A stretch of 64,000 nucleotides of DNA from Camelus ferus (taxonomy: Eukaryota): contig NC_045696.1 in NCBI RefSeq assembly GCF_009834535.1, positions 28,336,001-28,400,000 of the forward strand, read 5' to 3'. The notes beneath the pieces were generated by a model. It made no database searches. It saw nothing but the letters and a program-made list of their open reading frames with translations, and had not been told where the DNA came from. Made by a program: the position numbers and the translations under genes. This document shows positions 39,880 to 50,430 of the stretch, in pieces (within the stretch, counting starts at the first letter, position 1; each line of letters opens with the position of its first letter).

Positions 39880-40130
39880 GAAGACTAGTAGAGTGTGACC
39901 TACGTGGACTCAAGTGACTCCTTGGGTTTAAATCCAGCCATGCCTCTTACTAGCTGAGTGACTCTGGGCAAGTTACTTAACCTCACTAGACTTCCGTCCC
40001 ATCATCTGTAGTAGATTATTAATAGTGCCTTTCTTTTAGGGCTGTTATTAAGCTCTATCCATTTATAACTATAACACACTTAGAATAGTATCTGGTACAT
40101 GGTAAGCACTGTATTTGTGCTTGTTAAATA
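39880..40130 (+). mobile_element. MIR SINE
   Basis: GGGTTTAAATCCAGC...TTACTAGCTGAGTGACTCTGGGCAAGTTACTTAACCTC core; ends TCTGGTACATGGTAAGCACT. Confidence 0.9.
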
Positions 40131-41699
40131 AGTTGTGTCAGCTAGGGGTAATGGCCAAGCTCTCTGTGAGCAATCATGGTGGGTTTCTCCAACAGTCAAT
40201 TCCACTTGTCACAGGCTCTTCCTGGTGGATGCTTATAGGACAGAGACCAATGCCCAATGCAAAATGAGATGAGCTTTCCTCACCAATGACTCTCCGGGGG
40301 AGACAACAGGAGCAACACATAGACCAGATTACCCCCCACTATGATTTTCCATAAACTTCTCACTATAACAAAATGTCACACAAAGAAAAATAAAAAAGCA
40401 GGCTATTTGAAAGAAAAATCATGAAAGGCTGAACATGTACCCTAAAAAAAAGTAAGAACATGTTTATTCCTCCTTTTTTTTTTTTTACTACACTAGTGGC
40501 ACTTGTGGATAAAATAAGAGATGAGATTATAGGTGAGAAAAAAATATTTTAATAGGTAAAGAAAAAAAGGTAATAGGTGAAAAAAACCTTTTTTTAATTA
40601 TTGTATTCTTTCATTCAATTATGGTTCATCTGAGTTATGTGTTAAATTCAGAGTCAACAAAAATATCTTCTTTTTTGTTTTGGTTTTTGGTTTTTAGGTT
40701 TTTTTAGTCAATATATAGATTAAAAATACAACTAATAGCATGAGTCATATCAGTGCATGCTCTTTTTTTTGCAGCACAAAGTGCGATCTTGATTCTTGAA
40801 ATGTTTGAGCATTGCACTTGGACCTACTGTTTCACCCCTGACCCCCTCTACCAAACAAATTGACCTACATCCATTTCATGACTCTTCACTTTAATTTCAA
40901 ACTGAATATGGAATCTTCAGCAGCAAGAATTTCAGAAACTGTAAAGAAAATATTTTAGGAAAGTGGGGAAAGACTATGTAAGTCAAATTTAAATGTCATA
41001 ATTTTTATGTACCTATACTGTTTTCATATTTTTAGATAGATTGGAACTATTATAGTTGCCTTCAGTTGTCTATACATAGCTCTTTGATAACTTGAATCAA
41101 TATTTATGAAACAGTTAATATAATATTATATAAAGTTCCCTAGAATATGTCATTAAAACTATATATATAAAGTATGGGGCCTCAATTTTGATTTTACAAG
41201 TCTCTGGAAGTTTTTTAATGATTCTATTTTAGAATTTTTTATTAATTGAACATAATCATGAATCTTAAAATTATTTCAATAAATTATACTTTTACCTGCC
41301 TAAACAGGAGAGAAATTCATATGAAATCTAAATACTTTTACATTAATTTAATTTTAGTAAAATAACAAATTAATTAAGTCATGCTTTTATTATTGATGAT
41401 GGCAATCATTATTTGGTTTGAAGTAGTATACTAATCCATTAAGGTCAAGGAAGACCAGGATATTATTGGCTTTAATTCCACAGTGTGTATTAACCTCCTT
41501 CCATCTCAGTAAATAAGAATAAAAAGACTTACTAAAAACTGGCATACGAATGTTTTTCACAATAGCGAGGAAAAACTCTCCTTTATAAAAAACTTTTTTG
41601 CATAGCATATTATAATTCTTACAGCATTTTGCATCCTGATAAACCTTTGAAAAGTAAGGTTTTCTACCTCACTTTCTCCTTGTATGGTAACTCTTTGAT

Positions 41700-41800
41700 G
41701 TGGCTAAGCAGTTGAGAAAACAAGGTAAAAACAGAGTGATTAAGTAGCTTGTCCAAGGTCATCCAGATAGTCAATGGTGGAGAACAGAATGAAAACAAAA
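41700..41800 (-). mobile_element. MIR core fragment
   Basis: ACAGAGTGATTAAGTAGCTTGTCCAAGGTCATCCAGATAGTCAATGGTGGAG. Confidence 0.7.
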
Positions 41801-42255
41801 AACTTTGGACTAATGTAACATACATATAATTGGCTTACATATAATTGGTAGTTAAACAGAAAAAACACAATGAGAAAGCAAACAGAGGGCTTTTAACCCC
41901 AGTTTATGCAGCTGTGGCATGTGATAGTGAATCTCTGGAATGAATTAAAAGGACAAAAACAGACTGCAAGATCAAATTTACCTGCTTAAAACAGACTAGC
42001 TTTCCACCCTTTTCATTGCAACAGTAAGAGGCATTCTCAGGACATGCAGTCTTTTTGTTTAAGGAACTCTGTAGAAAGCATTAGCAGTGAACACTCATGT
42101 TCAAAGGGAACACTTAGGAAGCCTCACCTCTAGCATTTAACAGAACAGAAAATAGGGCAATGAATAATCAGAAAAAAAAACAAATGTAGTCACTAAAATT
42201 TATTTAATACTATTAAGGAACTCTCTATGTTAAAACACTCCATTTGGACCAAATC

Positions 42256-42820
42256 TAGGGCCACCTCACACTACAAATGGTGTGCAGGGTCAGGACAAGA
42301 AGAGGTCTTCAGAGTCAAGGGACGTGACCCCATGGGGACTGTAGCCCTCTGTAGACCATGTTCTGGGTACCTGGAATCCCAAATCCTCCACCCAATTGAC
42401 CCTGAGCCTACTTTCTAGACCCGTGCAGGCCTCTTTTCCAGGGCACTGCTCCAGAGAGTAGACATCTGCGGCCCAAGGAATGGCCCAAAGGGAAAGGGGG
42501 TTGGATAGAACTTGTATGTCCACATGGGAATGCTTGAGGCCTTTTATCATGTAGGGTAGAGTCAAATGTAGGATAAGATCTCCTGCAGTCATCATATTCC
42601 AGTATGGAGCCCCAAAGACTACTAGAATCTTAATCTTTAACCTGGCTTTTCAGGTCATTATGAAGATTTATTTCCAAGGTAGAAGGCTAGATATATTGTA
42701 TTTAGTGATTTTGTACCTTGACCCAAAACTTTTAAATATTTAGACACTGGGTATTCAGTTCTCCCTTTGCACCCTTGATCCAGGCTGTATAATTACCGGG
42801 GGGGGGGGGGGGGTAGGTCT
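42256..42820. mobile_element. MER115-like hAT-Tip100 DNA transposon relic
   Basis: GC-rich island beginning TAGGGCCACC and ending ATATTTAGACACTGGGTATT...TTTGCACCCTTGATCCAGG...G16...AGGTCT, similar to the recalled MER115 terminus. Confidence 0.6.
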
Positions 42821-43114
42821 TCAGACTTGTAGTCATTGTACATCTAATCACAGATTAATATCAATTCTTCCATTTTCATATCTTGATTCCCAATGCCACC
42901 ATTTGATTCTATTTTAGCATCAGTTCCCAATGCCATCATCTTACTGCAAGGCTCTGACTCACTTTCCACTTGGCCTGTGGCACCTGCTTAGAATGTGATC
43001 TCCCCATCCTCATCTCAGCCTTCTTCCAACTCAGGCTTCTACCTTATTGGCTAATACTTTGAATTAAAATTAACTAACATTAAATCTGATAATAGAATTC
43101 TGTAACTAAAAATA

Positions 43115-43480
43115 ACATTATGAGTCCCCTCTGATTAAAGGGTTACATTCAAACTCTTTAACGTGGGACCAAAAGGCATAGTTGAAATCTCGTATTTGCC
43201 CATTCTCTGTGGGCTCTCAGTTTCCATGCCTTTGCAGGTATTGCTTCTTCCACCTGGAAACCCTTTTCTATTTTCTCAGCCTGAATAATTCTTATTTATC
43301 TTTCAAGATTCAGCTCATGTCTTCTGTCCTCTGGGAAGCTTTGCCTGTGTCCCTTAGACTGAGGTAGGTGCCCTTTCTTTGTGCTTCCACCTGTGCATTT
43401 TCCCATTAGCACTCAATACTGTTATTGATTTTCTTGTCTGTCAACTCTAGAGGCTAAGCAATTTGTGATTAGAGGTTGTG
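43115..43480 (+). mobile_element. L2 fragment
   Basis: TTCTTATTTATCTTTCAAGATTCAGCTCATGTCTTCTGTCCTCTGGGAAGCTTTGCCTG. Confidence 0.75.
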
Positions 43481-43489
43481 ATATTTCAC

Positions 43490-43775
43490 TTATTCATAAA
43501 TTCATTTACAAACATTTGTTCAGATCTGTACCAGTCCATATACTGTGCAAGTCACTAGCCATGCAATGACAAAATACACAGGTCCTCTCATTGAGGATGC
43601 AATGATAAAGCATGGTTACAGTCACTAGACACTGTGATGTGGGCTTAGATGGAAATAAGTATAGGTTGCCATGACAACTCAGAGGAAGGCCACCCAATTT
43701 TGTCTGCCTGGAGGAGAAGGCCTCCTGCAGAAAGTGCGTCTGAGCTCTGACTTGTGTAGGATGAGTGTCTGGTAG
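43490..43775 (-). mobile_element. L2 3' fragment
   Basis: TTCATTTACAAACATTTGTTCAG...GAGAAGGCCTCCTGCAGAAAGTGCGTCTGAGCTCTGACTTG. Confidence 0.7.
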
Positions 43776-45360
43776 ACCCAATGCCTGTTGCATAACATGC
43801 ATATAAGTTACCCTTCGTAATCACTACATTGGAAGTCTTTCAAGAACGTAACAAATCTGGTGTGGACTGCATGAGTCACAGAGGCAAACAGGGTGGAGCC
43901 AGCGGGATGAAAGAAAAGGCTCTAATAAAAATTAGGACCAAGTCACTGCCCAGCCACTCTAAGCCGAGAAAGCACAGTCAGTAGAGTTCGAGTAGAGACT
44001 GGGAAAATGTATGAACCATTTATCTCAGCATTTCACAAATGAGGTAAAGACTGTATGAGCTGTTGCAGCATCCATTCCTGTCTAAAAGGCTTGAGTTTAT
44101 AAATGAACATTATATGTATAATATAATTCACTACCCATGTTAGTTCAAAGAAAGTGAATGCTTCACTTCAACTTTTCCTTTCATTGGAATAGCAGTTTAT
44201 CCTTTCCTTGCCCCTGGAATATGAAGAAAAAATGTGCTAGAAAAAATAATTTAAAAATACTGTAACTATGAGTGAATGTTGCTTTTATCAGTTACACATT
44301 GGAATAAGTTAGCAATTCCTAATGTCTGTCTCTGTGTAGATTTATGATAGTGGCATAGGACTGTTTAAAGTTCATTCCATATGACGGGCTCAGGTTTTCT
44401 CAGCTATTTCTTGATTATGTTTATAGCATAATATGTCCATTTAAAACTATCCATTATTGTTAAGAGATGGATTTTTACTAGTAAAACTAACATAAATTTG
44501 CATTCCACCTTCTTTTTTTTTTTTTAAGAATGAGGATATCAGTTAATAAAACCTTGTTCTGAAAGAAGCAAAAACTGTGACTATTCCTGTTTAAACATGT
44601 CACAGTTAATGTGGCCGTCTCCTTTTCTGAGTAAATTAAAATTTGGGAATATATAAAACTAGCCTCTAGCAAATATTTGAACAAACATAATTGGATCTAT
44701 ATATAATAAATCACACTATGTGAATAAGACTTTGTTTACATGACTCCTGCTGATTTCTGTGATGTCATTTCCCAAAGCAATCTTAGTAATAGTTATACTG
44801 GGGGATCATATTGAATACATTGGATTTAATGAGTTTGTTCAGGCCATGCCTTAGACCTAAGTCAAATGTTTGTCAATATAATTTACTAAAGTCGCCCTGT
44901 ATAAAAATATCTTTTTCTATCTAATCAATAAACCTATCAGAATACATATTAAAGGGAAAGAAAAATCTTAAATTTGTTTAAAAATATAATTTAGGAATGG
45001 ATACCAAGAGCCAATCAACTCTATTCAGAAGACAATTAATATATTTAGCCAAGTGTTCCTTAAACCTTGTACAGTTAACTTTCTTTGTTAAAACAGCTCC
45101 TTTTATATTTCAGAAATTTAAAAAAATGCTAACTAAATATATTAATGTTTAAGCCATTGTTTGCATATTTTCTTAAGAATATGTTTCAAAATCTACATAT
45201 TTTGCTTCTGCTTTAAAAAATCCTATTTATTTATGTTTTTTGGAGTGGAAGCCTGTATAGTTTGAATTAATGTTCTCTTATTTTATGTAATAGACAAATT
45301 GAACCCTTGCTTTCTAATTGTGATTTGTACAGCTCTCTTCTGTGTGTTCACATTCAAATT

Positions 45361-45394
45361 TTATAACCTACTGTATTTTATAACCTACTGTATT
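45361..45394. repeat. Perfect 17-bp tandem duplication
   Basis: TTATAACCTACTGTATT x2. Confidence 0.95.
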
Positions 45395-45489
45395 AATAGT
45401 TGGATCCCAAATTAATATTTCCATAGCAAGATTCAACAAAGGATTTAATATGGACTCTAAAATTTAGACAACTATTAATATTTTGGTGA

Positions 45490-45660
45490 TATTTTAATGT
45501 CTGCATGTAAATAGAGTTTATTGAAATACAATAGTAAATTCATGATAACATAAACTGTAAGAGTTTTCATTGGAAATTATAAAAATTGAAGTGTTTTTCT
45601 TTAGTTGTGACATATTTTACAATGAGTGCATTATTGTTTTAAAATTAAAGAATACAAACA
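45490..45660 (+). mobile_element. Possible L1ME 3' end fragment
   Basis: TTTTACAATGAGTGCATTATTGTTTTAAAATTAAAG resembles old L1ME termini; highly diverged. Confidence 0.4.
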
Positions 45661-46674
45661 ATTTGTGAAATATGTTCTGTCTCAAAATGTTTACATATAA
45701 TGAAGAATCAAACAAACTGGAAATAAACATCAAGCAGAAATCTGTTAAATGTTATAAAACAGATACTCTAATAAAACAACTGCTCTGACTGATTGTTATA
45801 TAGAATTGTATTTCCAGCATTATTCGAAATGAATTTCTGCTTAGTACTACAAATATTTTTAAACAAAAATTTGAATATTTCTTTATTTGCAGCTGTTCTT
45901 TTTGTTTTGTAGGTAGGAAGTAAAAGAAAATTGTAAGGCCACTATATTTCTAAATCTGAATTTATTTTGGCTGAAATCACTCCATCAATTGCTGAGAATC
46001 ATTCACATAATTCTCAGGAGCTAAGCTGGAAGGTGAGTCACATAAAGGACTCAAATATGTAAAATATTTCTGGCAAGTCTGGTGCTATTTTCTATATAGA
46101 TTACTAAAATTATTCTTCAAGTAAATATTTGTTCTCCTTGCATTCATTGTGGTGGGTGTATTTTTCTAGTTAGTCTCTCATATTTTTTAATAGATTTATT
46201 TTAAACATAAAACATGGTGAATTCTATTAATAGTCAATAATTAAAATATAAAATGATTTTTAATTTTTCTTATAGTACTAAACATTCAGCAAGAATAATG
46301 TATAATATATAACTTCTATCACATAGAATATACAAACTTAATGGAATAAAAATTTATTCACATTAAGATATGAGGCCCAGGGTGGTTCCTGGTCACGAGA
46401 GACGTGGGCTCTCAGTAAACACTAGTAGGCTCGTTCCTGCACATAATACGGAGATTTGAGAGCATGATATCAAGTCATTGAGATCATTGTCACAGCCTCC
46501 TAAATGATTTCTCTGCCATCTTCCATTTGATGCCCTGTAATGCTGCTTGGATGATCTTCTGCAATTTAAATCTGTTCATGTCAGTCTCCAGCTTAAAGTA
46601 TCATTAGGTTGGGCTTGATATTCTAATTTGAGTAACATATAAAAACTCACTAGTCTGCCAAGCTCATAATCTGC

Positions 46675-46855
46675 CTTTTGCACATGTTCGTGCATGTCTC
46701 TGATGTATTTTCCATTATGCTTCCCATTCCTAGAATAAGTATCTCCATCCTGCTTGGCTTTTGTGCATCTTTCAACACTTGACTTGTGTGTCATCTTGTC
46801 CAGGAAGCCTTCCAGCCATCACCCAGGCAGTGTTAGTGCCTTTGCTCCGTGTGCA
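46675..46855 (+). mobile_element. L2 fragment
   Basis: CATCTTTCAACACTTGACTTGTGTGTCATCTTGTCCAGGAAGCCTTCC. Confidence 0.65.
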
Positions 46856-47299
46856 CAGAAGCGCCTGCAGGGGTTGGAGGTGAGAAAATAGTTTGCAGAA
46901 GAAATCTTACACTGCGAAAATATTTATGAGGTTCAAGACTGTCTTCATATTTCTGGACTTCGCAGTTCCTCAAAATAGCCCTATCCCTGGATGAAATATT
47001 TCTTCCTTGATTTCAGTACCTTTTGCTTCAATCAAATTCTGTATAGAAAGCAAGCCAATCTCCAGAGTCAGTCTTGCTTTGGCTGGTAGAAGAGGTGACG
47101 TTGAATCTGGGATTAGCCAAGGCCATTAATCTCATCTCCATGAATGGGAAGTGGGGATACAGAGAAATTATAATCAGTGATATTTTTTGTTGTTTGTTTT
47201 TTCTGGCCTATACCTCTAACCTGTAAACTCAGGAGATTTGGGCTACTGGTTTTTTGGGGCTTGGGGATTAAGCAGGGGAGAACAAATGTGTATTTACAG

Positions 47300-49783
47300 A
47301 GTTCACTATATTAACCTTCTTATTTACTGTATCTGGTTCTTTTTACTTTTACTATAGATTCAAATCACCACCTGATGTCATTTCTTTATTCCAATACAGT
47401 TTTGACCCCATCCAACTGTGTTGTATTTTTATTATCAAATATGTTATATTTCTCCATGTTTTAAGCCTGACATTACAATTGTATACAAACTGGTTTATAT
47501 CATTGTTCTTAAAATCAGTTCAGAAAAGAAAGGATAGGAAATATACATTTATACTGTCTTTTATTATCACATGATTATCTTTACTGGCACTGTTGTTTTG
47601 TATCTGGGGTGGGTTTTCAGAGGTGACTTGCTGTCAGCCTGAAGAATTTCTTTCAGTACACCTCTTAAGGTGGATCTTTTAGCAACAAATTCATTCAGAT
47701 TTCATTTATCTGGGGATCTCTTTGACTTCTTGTCTCTATTTCTTCTGATAAGAAAATAGCTATTTTTTCTTTTTGAATTGGGATCCTTTTACCTGAATGA
47801 ATCATTTTTCTCTTGTTGCTTTTAAAAGTTTTTTTGGGGAGGGGACCTTTGGGTTTCATCATTTTTAATGTGATGTATCTGTGGATATCTCATGTTTACT
47901 GTCCTAGAAACCATTCTATTTCTTGGTTGTGCAGATTAATATTTTTCACCAAATTTGAGAAGTATTCAGTAATTAATTATTTAATTTTTTTTAGTCCTTT
48001 CTCTCTCCCCTCTCTTTCTGGTATTTATGGTACATTTATGCTGATATGCTTAATAAAGCATGTAAAAATCATAAATAAAAATAAAATAAGTAATCTCTCT
48101 CAATCTATTCATTTTTATTCACTCATTTTTCCCCTCTGTATCAGTCATCTATTTTTCAGTTTGTTGGCTCTTTCTTCTACCTGTTCCAATCTACAGTGGA
48201 GCCCTCCAGTGAAATTTTTATTTCAATTACTGTATTTTTCCACTCTAGAATTACCACTTGGTTATTTTAAAAAATAATTTCTATCTTTTTATTTATAATT
48301 CTTCATTCGATGAGACATTGTAATCATATTCTTTAAGCATAGTCTCCTTTAGTTCTTTGAACATTTTTGTAATAGCTGCTTTGAAGTTTTTGTTAAAGCC
48401 AACATCCGTGATCTCGCCTATAAAGATTATGTTGTCTGCTTGGTTTTCTGTGTATGGGTAATACTTTGCTATTTCTTTTCATGCCTCATAATTTTTTTTT
48501 GAAAACTGGACTTTTGATGTACTACAGCAACTTTGGATAATTATTACTTCCTTCCCTCTTCTCTGGAGATTGTCTTTCTTGTCTCCATCAGTGAGTGTTT
48601 AGTGACTTGGCTGCACTATTTCAGTTTGGTCTCTTTCCTCTGCAACGTGAAGCCTCTGATGTCACTCTTAGATGGAGTAACCTTCTGCACACACACAGTC
48701 ACTCCGGGAAGATGGTGGTTCTAGCGGGCTTTCTTTGACTGTCTCAGTGGTACCTCCATTGAGCTTTCTGCTTCCTTTAGTACTACTCCCGGGTGTTAGA
48801 CCTCACTAATTTCTGGATGATTATTTTGTCATTGTTAACACCTCACAGGAAGATACATTGCTTCATGATCTAATCCAATGAAATTTAGGAAAGAATAAAT
48901 TTTGAGACCAGTCTTCGAGGCTTGTTCTGACTCCAGAAGAGCTTTTTTTTTGGCCATCTCTTTGCCTGGTTGTCTCTGATAAACTAGTTGGCTAATGGTT
49001 TGACTGCTCTCCTTGAGCTATCAGCATTCTCTTAATCGCTTTCCCCTCAAATCTCCACTGTTTTCAAGAATGTCCTTTGACTTAAACTTCTCCTCACTGC
49101 GTTTTGAATAAATTTAGTTTCCTTGGGAAGAGCCCCTAGGCTCTCTTCTTTGTGCCACCCAGAACATAATCTCTGAGCCACCGTTCCCATTGCTGGAGGG
49201 GATAATCACTGATCTTCTCAGCATGTTTCTCTGGGTAGGAAGCTCCATCCTACCCAGTGAGCTGGTGTGAGTCAAGTTAGGGATGCAATATTCTTGATCT
49301 TCCATGACTGTGGTAGAGCCTCTGACCTATGAGGAGAGGCTGGCTGGAGGAAGGGAGCCCTTGGCTTTTTGGTTGAGCTTACCAGGCATTTAGCATCTCT
49401 GCAACTCATTGTTGGAAAGAATGATAATTGCTGGAGGTCTTCCCCTCCCAGGAAGATACCTTATTTCTTGATTGGGAGCTGGAGCTACAATGAGAAAGAG
49501 AGCCATCTTGGCAACATTAACTCAGTGTGGACCTCCGAGGCTGAACTTGGGTGGGAGGAGTGAGGGGTGGGTTGTGTTTCATATGCCACAGACTTGCTGT
49601 TCTTACCGAGATTTAGTAGATTTTCTCAAACAGATGTTTCTTCATTTTCTGTATGCCCTTATGACAACTTCCAGAGACTTTAAATGGTGGTCATTTTTAT
49701 AATTTTCACTGTTTATGGTTGTTTCACAGGGGACTGAGTCCATAGGGCTCCTCATATACACATTCCAGACATTGACATCCCAT
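47300..49783 (-). mobile_element. Ancient L1M (L1MC/L1MD-type) 5' portion: 5'UTR, degraded ORF1 and inter-ORF region
   Basis: T-rich tract with recalled L1M ORF1 antisense landmarks (AGATTAATATTTTTCACCAAATTTGAGAAG; GAGCCCTCCAGTGAAATTTTTATTTCAATT; GATGAGACATTGTAATCATA; TCCTTTAGTTCTTTGAACATTTTTGTAATAGCTGCTTTGAAGT), followed by a GC-richer 5'UTR. The 154-aa ORF at 47813-48277 is its antisense shadow. Confidence 0.8.
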
Positions 49784-49789
49784 CACTAT

Positions 49790-49849
49790 TTTTTTTAATT
49801 TAATTATAGTCAGTTTACAATGTTGTGTCAATTTCTGGTGTACAGCATA
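49790..49849 (-). mobile_element. Very short LINE-1 3' terminal fragment
   Basis: T-run then TATAGTCAGTTTACAATGTTGTGTCAATTTCTGGTGTACAGCATA, the same terminus as above. TATTTTT on both sides is a possible TSD. Confidence 0.85.
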
Positions 49850-49859
49850 ATATTTTTAA

Positions 49860-50116
49860 ATGTTCCTGAGAGAAGTACAAGAAACCCATCTAAAGACACA
49901 AAAGGAAGCAGCCACACAGAGAGAAGAAGTATACGAAACAGAGAGAAACATCTCTCTGGGGTCCCTATGATTTTCCTACCCTGGTTTTAATCTGTGAGAT
50001 TGAACTGCATCCTTACTATTGTTCTCCGTGAGGCACTAATACGTCCTTAAAACACATCACCTTTCTTTTGCTGGGATTAATGCTATTTGTGAGCAAACAA
50101 AGGTGTTCTAACCAAG
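49860..50116 (+). mobile_element. Old MLT1 LTR 3' part
   Basis: Ends CTTTCTTTTGCTGGGATTAATGCTATTTGTGAGCAAACAAAGGTGTTCTAACCAAG, resembling old MLT1 U5. Confidence 0.55.
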
Positions 50117-50264
50117 TAATTTATGAGTTAAACCACAGATGTTTTGAAAGCCAGTAAGGGCTATGGATTCAAGTTGGCACTGCCAACAAAGATTTATTTA
50201 TGAAATTCTTTTTATAACATTCTAAACTTCCTAAAGTTTTCTTTTTAGAAAATAATACTTTTGA

Positions 50265-50430
50265 GAATGGTTACTCACTAGGCTCACTAGGTATATGACC
50301 CTGGAAATCTTGCCTCAATTTTTCCACCTGTAAATAAAATAGTATCAACCTAACAGAGCTGTCATGAAAGCTAAATGAATTAAGGCTCATAAAGTACTTT
50401 TAACAATGCCAGTGTAGTAAGCATTCAATT
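50265..50430 (+). mobile_element. MIR SINE fragment
   Basis: TGCCTCAATTTTTCCACCTGTAAA...TAAAGTACTTTTAACAATGCC...TAGTAAGCATTCAAT. Confidence 0.75.

Noticed and set aside
40528..40590. Three loosely repeated ATAGGT(G/A)A-A-rich units
   Set aside because: Degenerate low-complexity repeat without regular spacers; not CRISPR-like or otherwise structured.
47813..48277. Longest ORF in the track (154 aa)
   Set aside because: F/L/I/S-rich antisense shadow of a degraded L1M ORF1; non-ATG start and no domain.
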